Origin: Centroscyllium fabricii
Taxonomy: Eukaryota
Reading direction: 5' to 3'
Length of the DNA stretch: 64,000 bases
Assembly: GCA_051313645.2 (NCBI GenBank)
Contig: JBNRSN020000012.1
Location: 118,792,001 to 118,856,000 of the forward strand
Under the pieces are notes generated by a model. That model searched no databases and was not told the origin of the DNA. It was given only the letters and a program-made list of their open reading frames with translations. The translations under genes were made by a program, and so were the position numbers. Positions 14,281 through 27,175 of this stretch are shown here, in pieces (position 1 is the stretch's first letter; each line of letters begins with the position of its first letter).

Positions 14281-14341
14281 CGCATTGTGACCCTTTGATA
14301 TTAATTCAAAGGGCAATTAATGAATGCGGCTTGTCTTTGAA
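14281..14341. promoter_or_regulatory. Candidate Wnt-responsive enhancer core: inverted TCF/LEF sites flanking a homeodomain core
   Basis: CGCATTGTGA-CCCTTTGA-TATTAAT-TCAAAGGG-CAATTAATG-AATGCG plus a third CTTTGAA at ~14335. Motif evidence only. Confidence 0.5.
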
Positions 14342-17300
14342 GTGAGGTATTCAGGGCAGGGAATAGGATGAACCTGAGGCTGCAATGGACTATATTCATT
14401 CAGTAGCCCTTCAGAAGGGGTACATCCAGTTCAGGGAGTTTTGTTTCAGCCTGTGGTTAATGTAGCGCAGCTGATTCTGTGTTTGTTAATTGCGTTATAT
14501 TGGTGTTGAGTACTGGCAGTGTTGCTTGCAGCCAGTTGCACCTAGAGGTTTATTTTAATGTTTCCGCCTATTTCTAGGTTTAGAGTTCAGGTTGGGAAGT
14601 GGCTTATTTATATTTTTGTAACTTATTGCACTGAATTGATTGTGCTCAATTGCATTAAGCATTGGGAGTTGCTGAATTGGTATTGCACGGAGTTGACTAA
14701 GCGCTAATTTGGCTGCACTCAGTTAACTATATGCACTGAATTGGGATTCACTCTACTGTGACCAAATCCTTCATAAGGCAGTTTGAATTGACTAAAAGAA
14801 AATGGACAAGAGAAGGTCAAGGAGAAAGGGCTAAAGAAGCACTCTATTTGTTAGAAGTATTAGCCAAGCAAAACTCCAAATAGCAACAATATGACCACAG
14901 TTAATAGACAAGCCAGACAGAGGCATGTCAATCACTAATCTTGGAAAGCAATAGACTGTAGCCCACTGTTTTATCCAATTAGCTTGGTAAACTCAGCATC
15001 TGTGATGATAATGTGCTCATTCCAGATTGCTGAGTTTGTTAATTAATTACAAAGATAATATCCAGTGAGCTATCGACATCTTACTACCAATATATAAACA
15101 TTTTCTTCTCATTCATTGATTTTACCAAATTAACAAGATTTTAATGTTTAAGTAAAGCAGCAAACGGAGTGTTCAACTTTGAAAAGCACATAACTTTTTC
15201 ATAGGATAAAATAATCATGTTTTGTGAGTTTTAATCTCATTTATTTATGATCATGAAAGTATCACGGATCCTATTTTCTATGAAGCTGATAATTTAAGCC
15301 TTACTAATGTACCAATACTAGCAGAGAACAGGATTAAAGCTCACTGCCAGGTTTATGGGCTTCATACTGCCTTCACACCATTATTCTTGGGAGTAAAATA
15401 CTTAGTGAGAAACTGCTATAGGAGCCTACCAACATTTGCAGTTTCCCTGGTTACCATACAATAAAGTAAAATTAAATCTATTTGCATAGAAATATACACG
15501 GACACATATGTGTGTGTGTGTTTATGTACTAATTGCGCTGTACAATCTAAAATGCTGGTTATTTATAGCCATATAAGGTACAATTAGTTCATAAGATTTT
15601 GGTTTGTTAACTTGGACCTTCTTCCGTTATAAGCCAATGAATATTCAAGATAATGGATTGAATCTTGTGATCATGCTCCACGAAAGACAATAAAATCATT
15701 AGTACATAAAGAGGATTCATTGTGCTCTAAACAAATATACAGATGTATGAACAGTTCAAGAACATAAACTTTTACATTGGTACCAAGAGCTGGAGTATTT
15801 GATATCTGAAAGCAAAGCCTAGATTTGGATTTCTTAGCAATGCACTGACGTTCAGGGGCTGCTTCAATGGAGCACCAATTGAGTGGGTAGATGTTCACCT
15901 GGAGATTGAATTGTTTTTAACTGGAGTAACACTGAAAGAGTCAAATGGATCTGATTAGGGCCAGTTTGTATAGGATTTAGAAAGACGTAGTCAACTCATC
16001 CCCAGTAAAGATTGGATGGATAGATGGATGAATGGAAATACTGTGATTATGGAATTCATTAGTACTGAGAACTGGTCTGTTTAGGGTGCAATTTTAACAG
16101 ACTAAGCTGATCTCACCAGCACAGTAGTTGGAGCAGAAGATATTTATAATATTTTCAATGTTATTTATAATGAGAACCATTGACTGTAAAACACGGATGG
16201 CGTTATTGTGGTCAGAGCAATGCGTCTGTGAATATTTCAAGGAGATGATCAAGAGTTGTTAGGTCTTTGTGATTAACCATAGTTAATGGCTTAAGGCACC
16301 AGTTTTTCCTATTGTGTTTCATTAACATTTCCACTGTCAGATCTATTTTTACATGTGTGCTAGCCAAAGGATTTATTTGTTGTACTTGGCTTCCGGGGAC
16401 AAAAACATGTCTCCAGCAAGGAGATTCTCATTTATGATCACAAACCCATTATTTAATGTTGTAACATACAGTAATGGGTAATTAATGGTGAAAGGTGCAA
16501 TGTTACAACAGGACAGCACTGGCCAGATGTCAAGTCCTTGTCTGGTGTTTGATGGTAATTTCCACATCAATTTGTTGTGCAAAGAATCCCAACAGTTGTG
16601 ACCTGTCCTTTTCCCCACCATTACTGAAATATGGATATTAAATGAACTATGTAGGACTGTAGGAGTGCTTTAACATAAACTGTGAATCTAAATGTCTGAA
16701 TGAGCTCTTTGTTTATAGTCAGCGATTGTTGACCTGTTCAAGTATATGAGAAAAGAAGCACTGACTGAGTCAGTGAAAGAGACTCTTGACCATTGCCCTC
16801 TTGTGGTCATGTGACATGGTTACTTCAGGCTGTTCACCTTTGAGAATAACTGGGAAGCAGGTCCTGCAACATGTATATCAGTCTATATATACACAGTAGA
16901 TTTTAAAAACCTTCCAAATAAAACCTGTCTGAAAGTGAGAATTTGGAGTCTGAAATGTTTATCACTCAGGAGTCAAAGGTGAAGAAATTGGGTTAAAGGG
17001 TCAACTGTTTCCCTTGTTTATTTTCCCTTTCAAGTAAAGTAAACAAAAGCAAAAAGAAATAGGGAGGAGATGAAAAGAAATGACAACCTAGGTGTCTGAG
17101 TCACATTAAAATCTTTAAAATCTCGCAGTACCCCAAGTCTATTTATACTAAGTTCAAAAATGTTCCACGCTAACCCAACATATGATGAAACTCAAATTCA
17201 TTTAAACAGCTTTTTTCTTTTGACTCTCATATCCACTAAAAATTATGCTTCCAACACTAATTCACTGAAGCCTTACAAAAGAGATAAAATAGCATTAAAA

Positions 17301-20300
17301 TATCAAAATGAAAGTGTAATGGTCTTGGGTTTTAATACTGGGGTCAAGTGGAAGCAAGTTGCTCATCCAAATTGAAGGCAGGAAATCTATCAGCACAACT
17401 TTTGAAGGCATGTTTGTAACATACTGCCGGGTCAAAGTTTATCATAAGGTCAATGTCTACCAGTGTTTCCCTGTTTGAGTTTTAATTAACCGACCATTTA
17501 TTTTTACATGACAGTGAAAATAGGGCCGTGCCAAAATCTAATTCCTGAAATGTACTGTATGAGATTTCTGTAATTACATTCAACAGTTATAACACTGTAA
17601 TAACCAGATTCTATTTGAGAAAAGAGTGTGGAAAACAACACAATTATTTCCATAGTTATGGTGTACAAACTATGGGGAGGCTGTGTTTGATGTTAGCACC
17701 CCAGGCCAGCATACAGAACTTTCATGGTAGATTTGCAGTTTACACAGCAAGAGAAATATTCAGTGTTCCTACATTTAAAAAGTAAATGTTTTTACGGTTC
17801 ATTAATTCACATCAGAATACAAAATCAAAGAACAAGGGGAAAAGGTTGGAATTAGTGTCATAATGAAACAATTCTATGGTGCCATTAGAGGGATCAGTTT
17901 TGCATGTTTTAAGTAATTAAAATTCAACTTTCATATGGCCCCTAGTGGCCATAAAAATGTCCATTTTATGCTTTTCAACATGGCTTTTTCTAATTGTCCT
18001 GCTTTCTGGCATGACAAAAACAAACTTTCCTGGGGTGGTGCCAATTGGAAATTTGTTCTTGTTTTCACACCAGTGATACATGTGTCCCAACTCCACATGT
18101 GACTATGATTGTTGCTGTGATCGTATCCATTAGGAATCATGCTTACTAAATGCTTATTTTTTCTCTCAAAACTAAACAGTGACTGTAGAAGATAACCATT
18201 AGATGCAGTTGAATAAACTTTATAATACTACTATAATTTAAAACATTGATGCCTGGTCATCTTTTAAGAATTTGGCAACAAAGGCTAAATGGTTTCAAAA
18301 GCAAATCTGTTCTTAATGGAGAGGAGTAACTTGGTAAGGGTAAAGGGCCAAGGACCAACTCCTTTCTGTGCACTGCAGCCATTAACCTATTTACACTTTT
18401 ATATCTTATAAATTCTGAAACACAACACATTTTTGCAACTTCCTATAGAAATAACTTAAATTTAAATGTAATTATGGATGCATTTGAACAATTTATATTA
18501 GAACAGATTTGTTAAAAAGCAATATATTCAATAACTTAAAGCCGGAGTTTGGTAGTTGTACTTCTCTGGCGACTTAAATAAAAGTGTATTATTCTCATGA
18601 AATTGGAGGCTACTGTACAAAGTTTCTTTCAGTGGTGGCAGGGTTAAGAAGTGACAAGACTCATCCCTGGCCAATATGCCCAGTTGTTCTCCTCCAGATG
18701 TTTGTTTACATTTTAATTAATCTTAATGAGTTTAACTCTAAACTAAACATTATTAGTTACTGGATGCATGGCATTAGATAAAGTGAAATGTTCCCGTCAT
18801 GTTCTGTATTAATAATTGTATGTGTATTAGGCAGTGGAGACAATAGATCTTCAGTAAATAGTTGATGCTTTTTGCCATGATCTATATAAAGTAGTTTTGC
18901 TAATGATTTATCTATTTTATAGACAATTTAGGCAGGTGTAAAATTAATCTCTTTAGTAGATCACATAGCCACAGCAGCAGAACGATAGGCACAGATGGGC
19001 CAGAAGCTGTCATCCCATCATTGCCGTGAGTACATCTGCTTTACTTCAATGTACTGTTATATGTACTCAGTCAATCACTTTGTCCCATTTGCTGAGAAGC
19101 TAAACTGGTCTGATCTGCAAATAAATTGTTCATTTGTCTTTTTTCCCTTTTGTTTTGTTTTGGTAACACATGTCGACAGCTCAATTACCCAGTTCATTAA
19201 CAGCTCCCAAAAGACTCTGTGGCTGGCCTATGATAGGAACTGTGCTTGGAGCACATATGGTCTGTAAAGGCCCTTCGCTTGATAGTTATATAAACGAAAA
19301 TGACTGCCGCCTTTATCTTCAGTGTTTCCTATGCCAGGACTAGCCCTCACAATGCAAGCAACTGTTTCTGATTGTATTGATTGGGTTGGATTTCCTTCAG
19401 AAAGATACTCTTGCGTACAGTGCCATATTCTATGCATACCTGTTTAACTAGATTATGTGTTTGCTAGTGTTGCTATCTCTGGTTAAAGAGATTTTAAAAG
19501 TTTGCTTTGTGATGTGTTCCACATAGATAAATGAAGATCTAATTAGAAACTTTTTCATTTGACATACCACAAACTTTGAAGTGGTGATTTTGTTTCCTCC
19601 TAAATTTCCTCCCGACAAATCCTTACACCGTGAGCACCTTAATTCAATAGCACATAGGTTTGAACAGAATGTCTGCTGAATTGTGTAAACCTAAGTTCTT
19701 GTTTGGCTGCTATCTTCTTACATATGCGCAATTGGATGGACTTCAAAAGAAAAACTGAACATCAGTCAAAATACAATAACAAAAACATTACGCACAATGC
19801 TACAATACTTTGGAGTTTCCACAAAGAAACGCAACTGGGCTGCAAAGTAATTTATTAAAGTTTTTCGATTTGAAATGAATTCTCCTGAATAAAATGTGTG
19901 GTTGCTTTTAATCATGTACACTTCCAAAAAGCAGTCCAACTGAAACAGACAGCAGAAAAAAGGTCTTTCATTAACTTAGGTTAAAGATGAAGGTACTCTT
20001 TAGTAACATGCACTTGAATTTAATCATTGAAATTGGTTTAAACAATGTTTGTTCTAAGTTAACCATCAACCTGTATGCAGTAATAATGCAAAAAGCTTGA
20101 GGGGAGCTCCTGGCTGACTTTAGACCTTCTGAACTTGTCTCCTGCTGTTTACTATATTCATATTTAATCTGTATTCTCCACCCACAGCAAAACCGCTGTG
20201 GGAGTTGTTGCATGTCAGAGTTTATTTGTACCATTTTGGTTAGTACAGAGCTGTCAGGGGCTTATTTTGTTATTAATGACCCCTTGCTGTGGAGCTGAGA

Positions 20301-21689
20301 GTCAGGAAAATGGAGGAGGGGAAAGTTGGTTGGGGGATGGCAGGAATTAAATGCATCTTCATGGAAGAGAAACTAGCCTAAAAAAGCTTGAAAGTACACC
20401 AATAGATTTTATCAAGTGGCTACTGTGCTACTCTCCCCCCCAAAACAAAATAAGACTAAACTATAGGTAATCGAAAATCTGAAACTCTGCTATATCCCAA
20501 GTTATCATGATTATCCCAAATTCCTAAAAAAAACTTTTGCGGTGCGTACATGTTATTTGGAATAATAATAATAAAGCAACATTTACTGCTGATTGGGCAA
20601 CTTTTTGTATTAAAACTAATGTATAGAAACATTGTATGACATGAGTACCTCCAGGTGCTACAGGCTCCTAAAACAGAGAAAGCTGGATTAACCCCTGCCG
20701 AGTTTCCTTCTCCAGCCCTCAAGTGCTCTACTCCATTCCTCTTAAGTGTCTCTTTGTGCCAGGCAGGTGTCAAATGCCGACTGTGAGGAAGGGCCTGTTG
20801 ATGTATACCACAGATGGAGCGTGGAAATTGGCAGAATAGGCTTCTGCCATAGGCCACTTCTTAGGCCCCAACAAAAGGAGCCAAATATGTCAACAAAAAT
20901 CCTGAGAACCACAAAGAGGAAAGTGTCATTTGTCATTAACTCTGATCCAGTGATGGGGTATCAGAGTTACTAAAGCATGCCTAGTTTTCAGGCAAGTAAA
21001 AATGATAGTTCTGGTTCTTTAGAATGAGAAGTTTGGTTTAGTTTAGGAAACAGGTGGCTGGCTGTTGGCAGACTGCTATTTTTTTTTGCAGTATTTTCAG
21101 CTGGAAAGATTATACTACCTTGTATTTGTCGGAATCTTTTAAGGCTTAATTTGAATTAAATTTATTATTGGCTAGCACAGCCTTCTAATTTTTTTGCTAA
21201 TCATTCACAAATAGCAAAATAAGACAAAAAGACCCACAAAGCACAGTGAATGTGATATAGCAGACATTAATGGATTGCCGTAAAATACAATTTTTAGTCC
21301 AACACCGTGGCTGACTGGATTAGTCTTGAGTATCAAATTTGAAAGTGAAAACATCAGACCCACGAGTGAAATTAAAGGTAATTTTTCACTTGGAGGCATT
21401 GTATATCTTGTTCAACAAACTCGCTGTGCCTTGCAAGAATTACATTTAAAAAAAAGTTTATTTTGTTATTTTGAGAAAGCTGCTAATGGCTGAAAGCCAT
21501 AGCAGCTGTGGAAGTACAGAAGATGCTGCTGTGTTTTTTTTTATCTTCACACTCTACCCTTGGACAATAGTGTGGAGTGGTGGAAGGATTCACAAGCTGA
21601 TTAACAATCTGATAGGCCATGATGTGAACACTCCTTCCATGGCTGTAACCATCTTTATACTAGCACATAGGGCGGTTTGATCCCATACG

Positions 21690-21850
21690 GTGAGAGGGGG
21701 AGTCACCCACACCCATTGGATGCAAGTGTCCCATTGGATGTCCATCCAAAATTCAGAGCTGGCACTCCATTTGTCTTGACTCTCTGGAGCTGTTTTCGAA
21801 CCCCACACCTTCTGACCCAGAGGCAGGAATGTTACCAATAAGCCAAAGGC
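21690..21850 (-). mobile_element. Degraded tRNA-derived SINE 5' portion
   Basis: ttcgaaccccacaccttctgacccagaggcagg..tgttaccaa resembles the head of the SINE at 22740-22790 (reverse-complement B-box). Confidence 0.5.
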
Positions 21851-22349
21851 TCACTCCATGTGGGAAATGTTTCTGCAGCTTCAACACCTGTGAGTGTGGC
21901 CAAAACATTAAAAATATAATGGCCCAGAGTTTCCTGGAACAGCACGATCACAATGTACATGGTAAATTTTGTCATTTTACGCATCTATCTTCCCGTCGCG
22001 AATTTATGCCAAAATTTCCTGGTAAAGTAATGTGAATACGCTGCGGAGAGCATAATGGTGAGCCAGGGACCTGAGAAGTGGCTCAGACAATGATTTACCT
22101 CATCTGTGTGAATGAACTAATTCAGCAGATCAATATTGGCATGACTTGAGTCATAGAATTCAAATCCTTTCATTATGCTGAACTTGATCACCTATAGAAA
22201 ATTGTCTTGAGTTATGGATATACTCCGCTGCTGTATTCAGTTTGCAGGAACATTCTAAGTCAGAGATTTTTTATTTTTGCCATTTATTTAGAAGATAACA
22301 TTAAACAAAAAAACTCTTACTTTCATCATTAGTATGTGTAGCCATTAAA

Positions 22350-22798
22350 AGAAAGACTTGCATTTATATAGCGCCTTTCATGACCATCAGACATCTCAAA
22401 GCACTTTACAGCCAACAAAGTACATTTGAAATGGAGTCACTGTTGTAATGTGGGAAACACAGCAACCAATTTGTACACAGCAAGCTTCCACAAATAGTAA
22501 TGTGATAATGACCAGATAATCTGTTTTTGTTATGTTGATTGAGGGATAAATATTGGCCAGGACACAACTCCTCTGCGAAATTGTGCCATGGGATCTTTTA
22601 CACCCACCTGCGAGAGCAGACAAGGCCTTGATTTAACATCTCATCTGAAAAGCAGCACCTCTGATAGTGCAGCACTCCCTCAGCACTGCACTGGAGTGTC
22701 AGCCTAGATTTATGTGCTCAAGTCCTTGGAGTGGGACTTGAACCCACGACCTTCTAACTCAGAGGTGAGTGTGCTACCAACTGAGCCACAGATGACAC
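22350..22798 (-). mobile_element. Near full-length SacSINE1-like Deu-domain SINE
   Basis: The reverse strand has a tRNA-like head (GTGGCTCAGTTGGTAGCAC A-box, GGTTCAAGTCCC B-box), a Deu-like core (GGCTGACACTCCAGTGCAGTGCTGAGGGAGTGCTGCAC...AAAGATCCCATGGCAC) and the tail GGCGCTATATAAATGCAAGTCTTT. Confidence 0.85.
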
Positions 22799-25700
22799 CT
22801 ACAGTAACAATGTATACTAAACCCAACACACAATGACAAAGAAAAAATACTTGGATGTGTTTCAGCTCAGAATTAAATATATCAAGAAAGAGCAGAGGTT
22901 ATAGTTTAGTTTAATTAATTATTTTGAACAGACAAATTTAAATACATTCACAGATCAAATAAATTGATTGAATGATTTTGTACTTAGCTTGAGAGCTTTA
23001 CTTCAGAATGAACACAATGATCACTTATTTTTGACCGTGAAATGCCAAAGTCTAAAATTCCATTCACATGATTCCAGACGGCAGAGATGAAGTTCCACAG
23101 CTTCTATGGTCTTCCCAGGATGAAAATCACGTGAAAGCCATAAATCATAACAATACCAGGTGACCAAGGGCTCACTTCCACCATTATTGTTCAGTCAAAA
23201 TGGCTGTGGTGAGAAAACTAGTGTAAATTCAGGAAATTCGTAATCACCATTGACTTGAATGGGAGTGGAGTTATGATCAACTCTTAACGGTTTTGGTAAG
23301 TGTATTGGCATAGCCCCACAAAAGTCCCAGGAAATTATGAATAATGACATAACGCACATAACTGTCAATGCATAATTGTTTGATTATTAATTGTCCAATA
23401 TCACTGCTATTCCTGCTAGTAGATTAACATACTTTATTGAAACAGGTTAATAGTGGGATATTGTAGCTAAATGGCAATACAATACAACTAGGCTGTGCAT
23501 CCCTTGTTTTATTTATTCTGTCTTTAACAGCGGAAAAGGTGCAACAAATAGAACTCAGTACTTTGTTTTTTGCTTTCTGTTGTCAAATATTCTGAAGTAA
23601 TAATTAAAGATTCATTCACTGCAAATACCGTCAGCTATAATAATGTTTGTAGAAGCAATAGTTTGGGATGGAGAAAGAACATTTCCTGGTTATCAGCTAA
23701 AAATATACTGGGGGCCTGGGGCAGGACTTTTTTTCTTTGAAACCTAAAAATATTCACTCTAAACATTCAAAGTATGAGGCAACCCATAAATTTTAATTTT
23801 AAACTCTGCTGTTTATGCATTTCTCAACTCATACTTGTGTTCATATCAACAACTGCACTTCCATAATCAGACAATTGGCGTGAAGTGAAAGAAATCTCGA
23901 TAAAATGCCATGCACCAGAATGCCACGCTGTGTTCAGTTCCCTATGAAATTGGCCTGAAGTGTTCATATATCACTGCCTTAACAAAGCCAAATATTTCCT
24001 GAAGTCACAGTAAAGGTCAGAGTAGAAAGAACTGCTTCTAATTCCATAATTCCTTGTTTAATTAAACTTCACGGTTTGTCCGGTGGTGGTACTTATGGTT
24101 TCCCTCCCTTTTTTATTTGTTCCTATAGTGAAGAATTTGTAATCCCATAGAGTGTTATTGCTTCCCTGTTCTTGATCCCTTTGCTAATTGCTGTCTTTCC
24201 TACTTTCTCCCAGTTTCATTACTCCTAGGCAGGGTTCTCCCCAGACAAAAGCAGCCTCAGCTGCACCAAACCTCGCTAGGGAAGAATGTCATGGATACAT
24301 AAATGGGCATGTTTGTGTTCTTTTGATGGTGTCTTTTCTTAAATTTGAACTGATCCCAAGTTGCTGCCGGCACTTCATATTTATAATGTTCTTATTAATA
24401 ATATTCAGTAATAACTCATAAAAAAGTGAATACATTTCCATAGGAATTTCCTAATTTATGTTTAAAGAAGCTTGACTTATTTTCTTACATGGAGTAGAAA
24501 TTACTGCTATATTTAAATGTAACAGCTGGCTGCATTATTCAATAGAATTATGATTAGGAGTAATATGTTCACTTTTCTCATTTGTGGACTGTAGCATATT
24601 TACACAGGAATATGCAAAATACAAACTACCTGTATTGTGAGATACACGATGGTTATACTGCACTTGGGAACCAGAGTAGCAATAATATTGGCCAAAATCC
24701 ACTTCCAAAAGTAAAGTGCAATAACAATTATTTGCTTCTGAACAAGATAGGTGTTGAATAAGTGAAACCAACCAACATATTGTTGCCTGATATTCCTAGA
24801 GACTGGGTGCAGTATAATTGCAAATCAGTTTGGGTTCTGGACTGTGTACATTCGAGAATGCATTATGTAGTGATGCACATGATGTTATTCTGTAGTTTGT
24901 TGATGTTTACTGTTGCGATCCACACCTTTGCTGTAACTTTGTAAAAGATTTCAAAGGGCCAGTACCACTGGTCGGAACTTGTGAAATCTACTCATAGCCA
25001 CAAATAGAACAACTCCGATAAATTATTATAGAATCAGTGTAACTGGGGTATTCATCTAAGTATGTTGGATTTCTATTTGATCAGAATGATTGTTGGCTCA
25101 TTTTAGGAGGATTCAATGACCAAGAACTGACAGTAAAATAATGCATGCATGTTATGATAAATTATTGATAAAGTAGTAAATCCAGTGAAAATGAGGACAT
25201 CAAAACTGCTTATAATTCGTTTTAGTTTAAAAGTGTCATGTTTTGTGACAAGGCTAAATGCAGTGGGGATCATGTAAAAAGAAGAAATAGCCCATGATCA
25301 GGGCTTCTCTTAATCTAATTGTTAAATGTAGAATTTTTATATATCAATTTCTGTTGATATTTATGATTTTTTTTCCATTCAGAAGTGTTGATACAAAATT
25401 AGGAGAGCTCACTTAGAGGAACTGAACTTGACAGTGTGAGGGAGCTACGTTAATATCTGTGAATATAATCATTTTTTTCAGCGACCCTGACATTTTAACT
25501 GTGAGTGTCAATTCAACACCTGCATATTTCTCACGGGCAGCTTGCCAGATCATGCAATCAGCAATTGTCATTTAAACAAAATTAGGTAAAAAGCACAGGA
25601 TGCTAAAAAATACTTTGTAGCTGTATGATTTTTTAAAAGAACTCCAGTGAGTTTTGCGTCATCTTTTTTTATTGAATTCTCAAAAATGTACATTCTTATA

Positions 25701-26106
25701 TATACATATACACATATTTCCCACATCACAATAAATTGCTTTTCAAATCACAGAATAGGGTCTTGATGATCGTAAATCAAGAATTTAATAGTGATTCGAA
25801 GGAGCCTTTAACTATTATGTAACACCTTAAGAACATTTTGACCATGTTCTGCAACCATAGCAGTTGCTGTGGGAACTAGCAACATGCAGTTGTAGAAAGA
25901 TATAGTTCAACCTTGTCTTTAGTTTCATAACTGTGGCAAAATCAGAGGGAGATCCGTTAAGATGGAGTTCCCACTGAAGGCTAATTGTTTCTTCTGGCAA
26001 ATGGGAATTGATATTAAATAAATAATTATTGCTGCAATGTAGGAATATAGGAAAGTACAGAATAGGAAAAGAATATGCAGTCCATCTGACTGGTCCCAAA
26101 AATGAA

Positions 26107-26395
26107 TATAGAAACATAGAAACATAGAAGATAGGAGCAGGAGTAGGCCATTCGGCCCCTTGAGCCTGCTCCGCCATTCAATGAGATCATGGCTGATCAT
26201 CCAAACTCAGTACCCTGTCCCTGCCTTCTCCCCGTATCCCTTGATCCTTCTAGCCTTAAGAAATACATCCAGCTCCTTCTTGAATATATTCAATGAACTA
26301 GCCTCCACCGCCCTCTGTGGCAGAGAATTCCATAGGTTCACCACGCTCTGGGTGAAGACATTCCTCCTCATCTCTGTCCTAAATGAGTTACCCCT
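26107..26395 (-). mobile_element. CR1 (HER1-like) LINE 3' end, 5'-truncated
   Basis: (ATAGAAAC)n tail, conserved GGAGCAGGAGTAGGCC..CGGCCC terminal motif, and ORF2 C-terminal coding (F-TQSVVNLWNSLPQRAVEA) on the minus strand. Confidence 0.9.
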
Positions 26396-26958
26396 TTTTT
26401 TGACAGGAGGGGGGATAGATTTTAAAGCTTGTGGGGGCTGGGGAAAGGGGGGTGGGCTGAAAGAACAAAGGAAAGATCTCGGCCAAGCAAGAGATTTGGA
26501 ATGTTAAAATATACACACAGACTTTCAATTACAGCACTTGTAATTTACTTTCTCATCGCTACTTTGTTGAATTAATTTGTCAGCTTGTCTCTTTGAGGAG
26601 AATTTTGTGAGTTATTTTGATGTTTAGTAGATTGGTAAATGTTTGCAAAATGGTGCTTTCAGTGCAGCAAATGTTATTCATAGTGTTCTCAGCAAAAGGT
26701 CAGTCTGTGCTTTAACCAGCAAACTGTTTTGATGACTTCAAAGCTTTGGACTTATCCTACTATAACTATCCTACAATATCTCCCAATTATCTACTCCCTC
26801 AAATATATACCCAGTTCCCCTTAAATATTTCCACATTATCTGCCTCCACAGTCTCCTTGGGAACTCCCCATTACATGTTCACCACCTAAACTATTTCCCT
26901 CTTCTAAACTTCAGCCTATGCCCCTGGTTCTAGAGTTTGTGGCAATCTCAAATATATT

Positions 26959-27073
26959 GGGGTTAATTTTCAACTTCATTTTAATAGAACGGAAAATCAG
27001 GCAGGGTGTCTAATGGGTGGACAATCTGCTACTGAAAAGTTTTCTGACACCACAAAAGTTGAAAATTACCCCC
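26959..27073. mobile_element. 115-bp mini-MITE (Harbinger-type termini)
   Basis: TIRs GGGGTTAATTTTCAACTT / AAGTTGAAAATTACCCCC (17/18 match); flanks ATT / ATC. Confidence 0.75.
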
Positions 27074-27175
27074 ATCATTTATTCCCATAAGGAAACCTGA
27101 ACCCTTGAATGTCTGCTTCAGTCTTCTCTACTCCATGGTAAACAATCCCAGAGTCTTCAATGTCTCCTCATAGCT

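Noticed and set aside
14620-14755. Loose TGCACTGAATTG-like repeats
   Set aside because: Too degenerate and irregular to define a unit or function.
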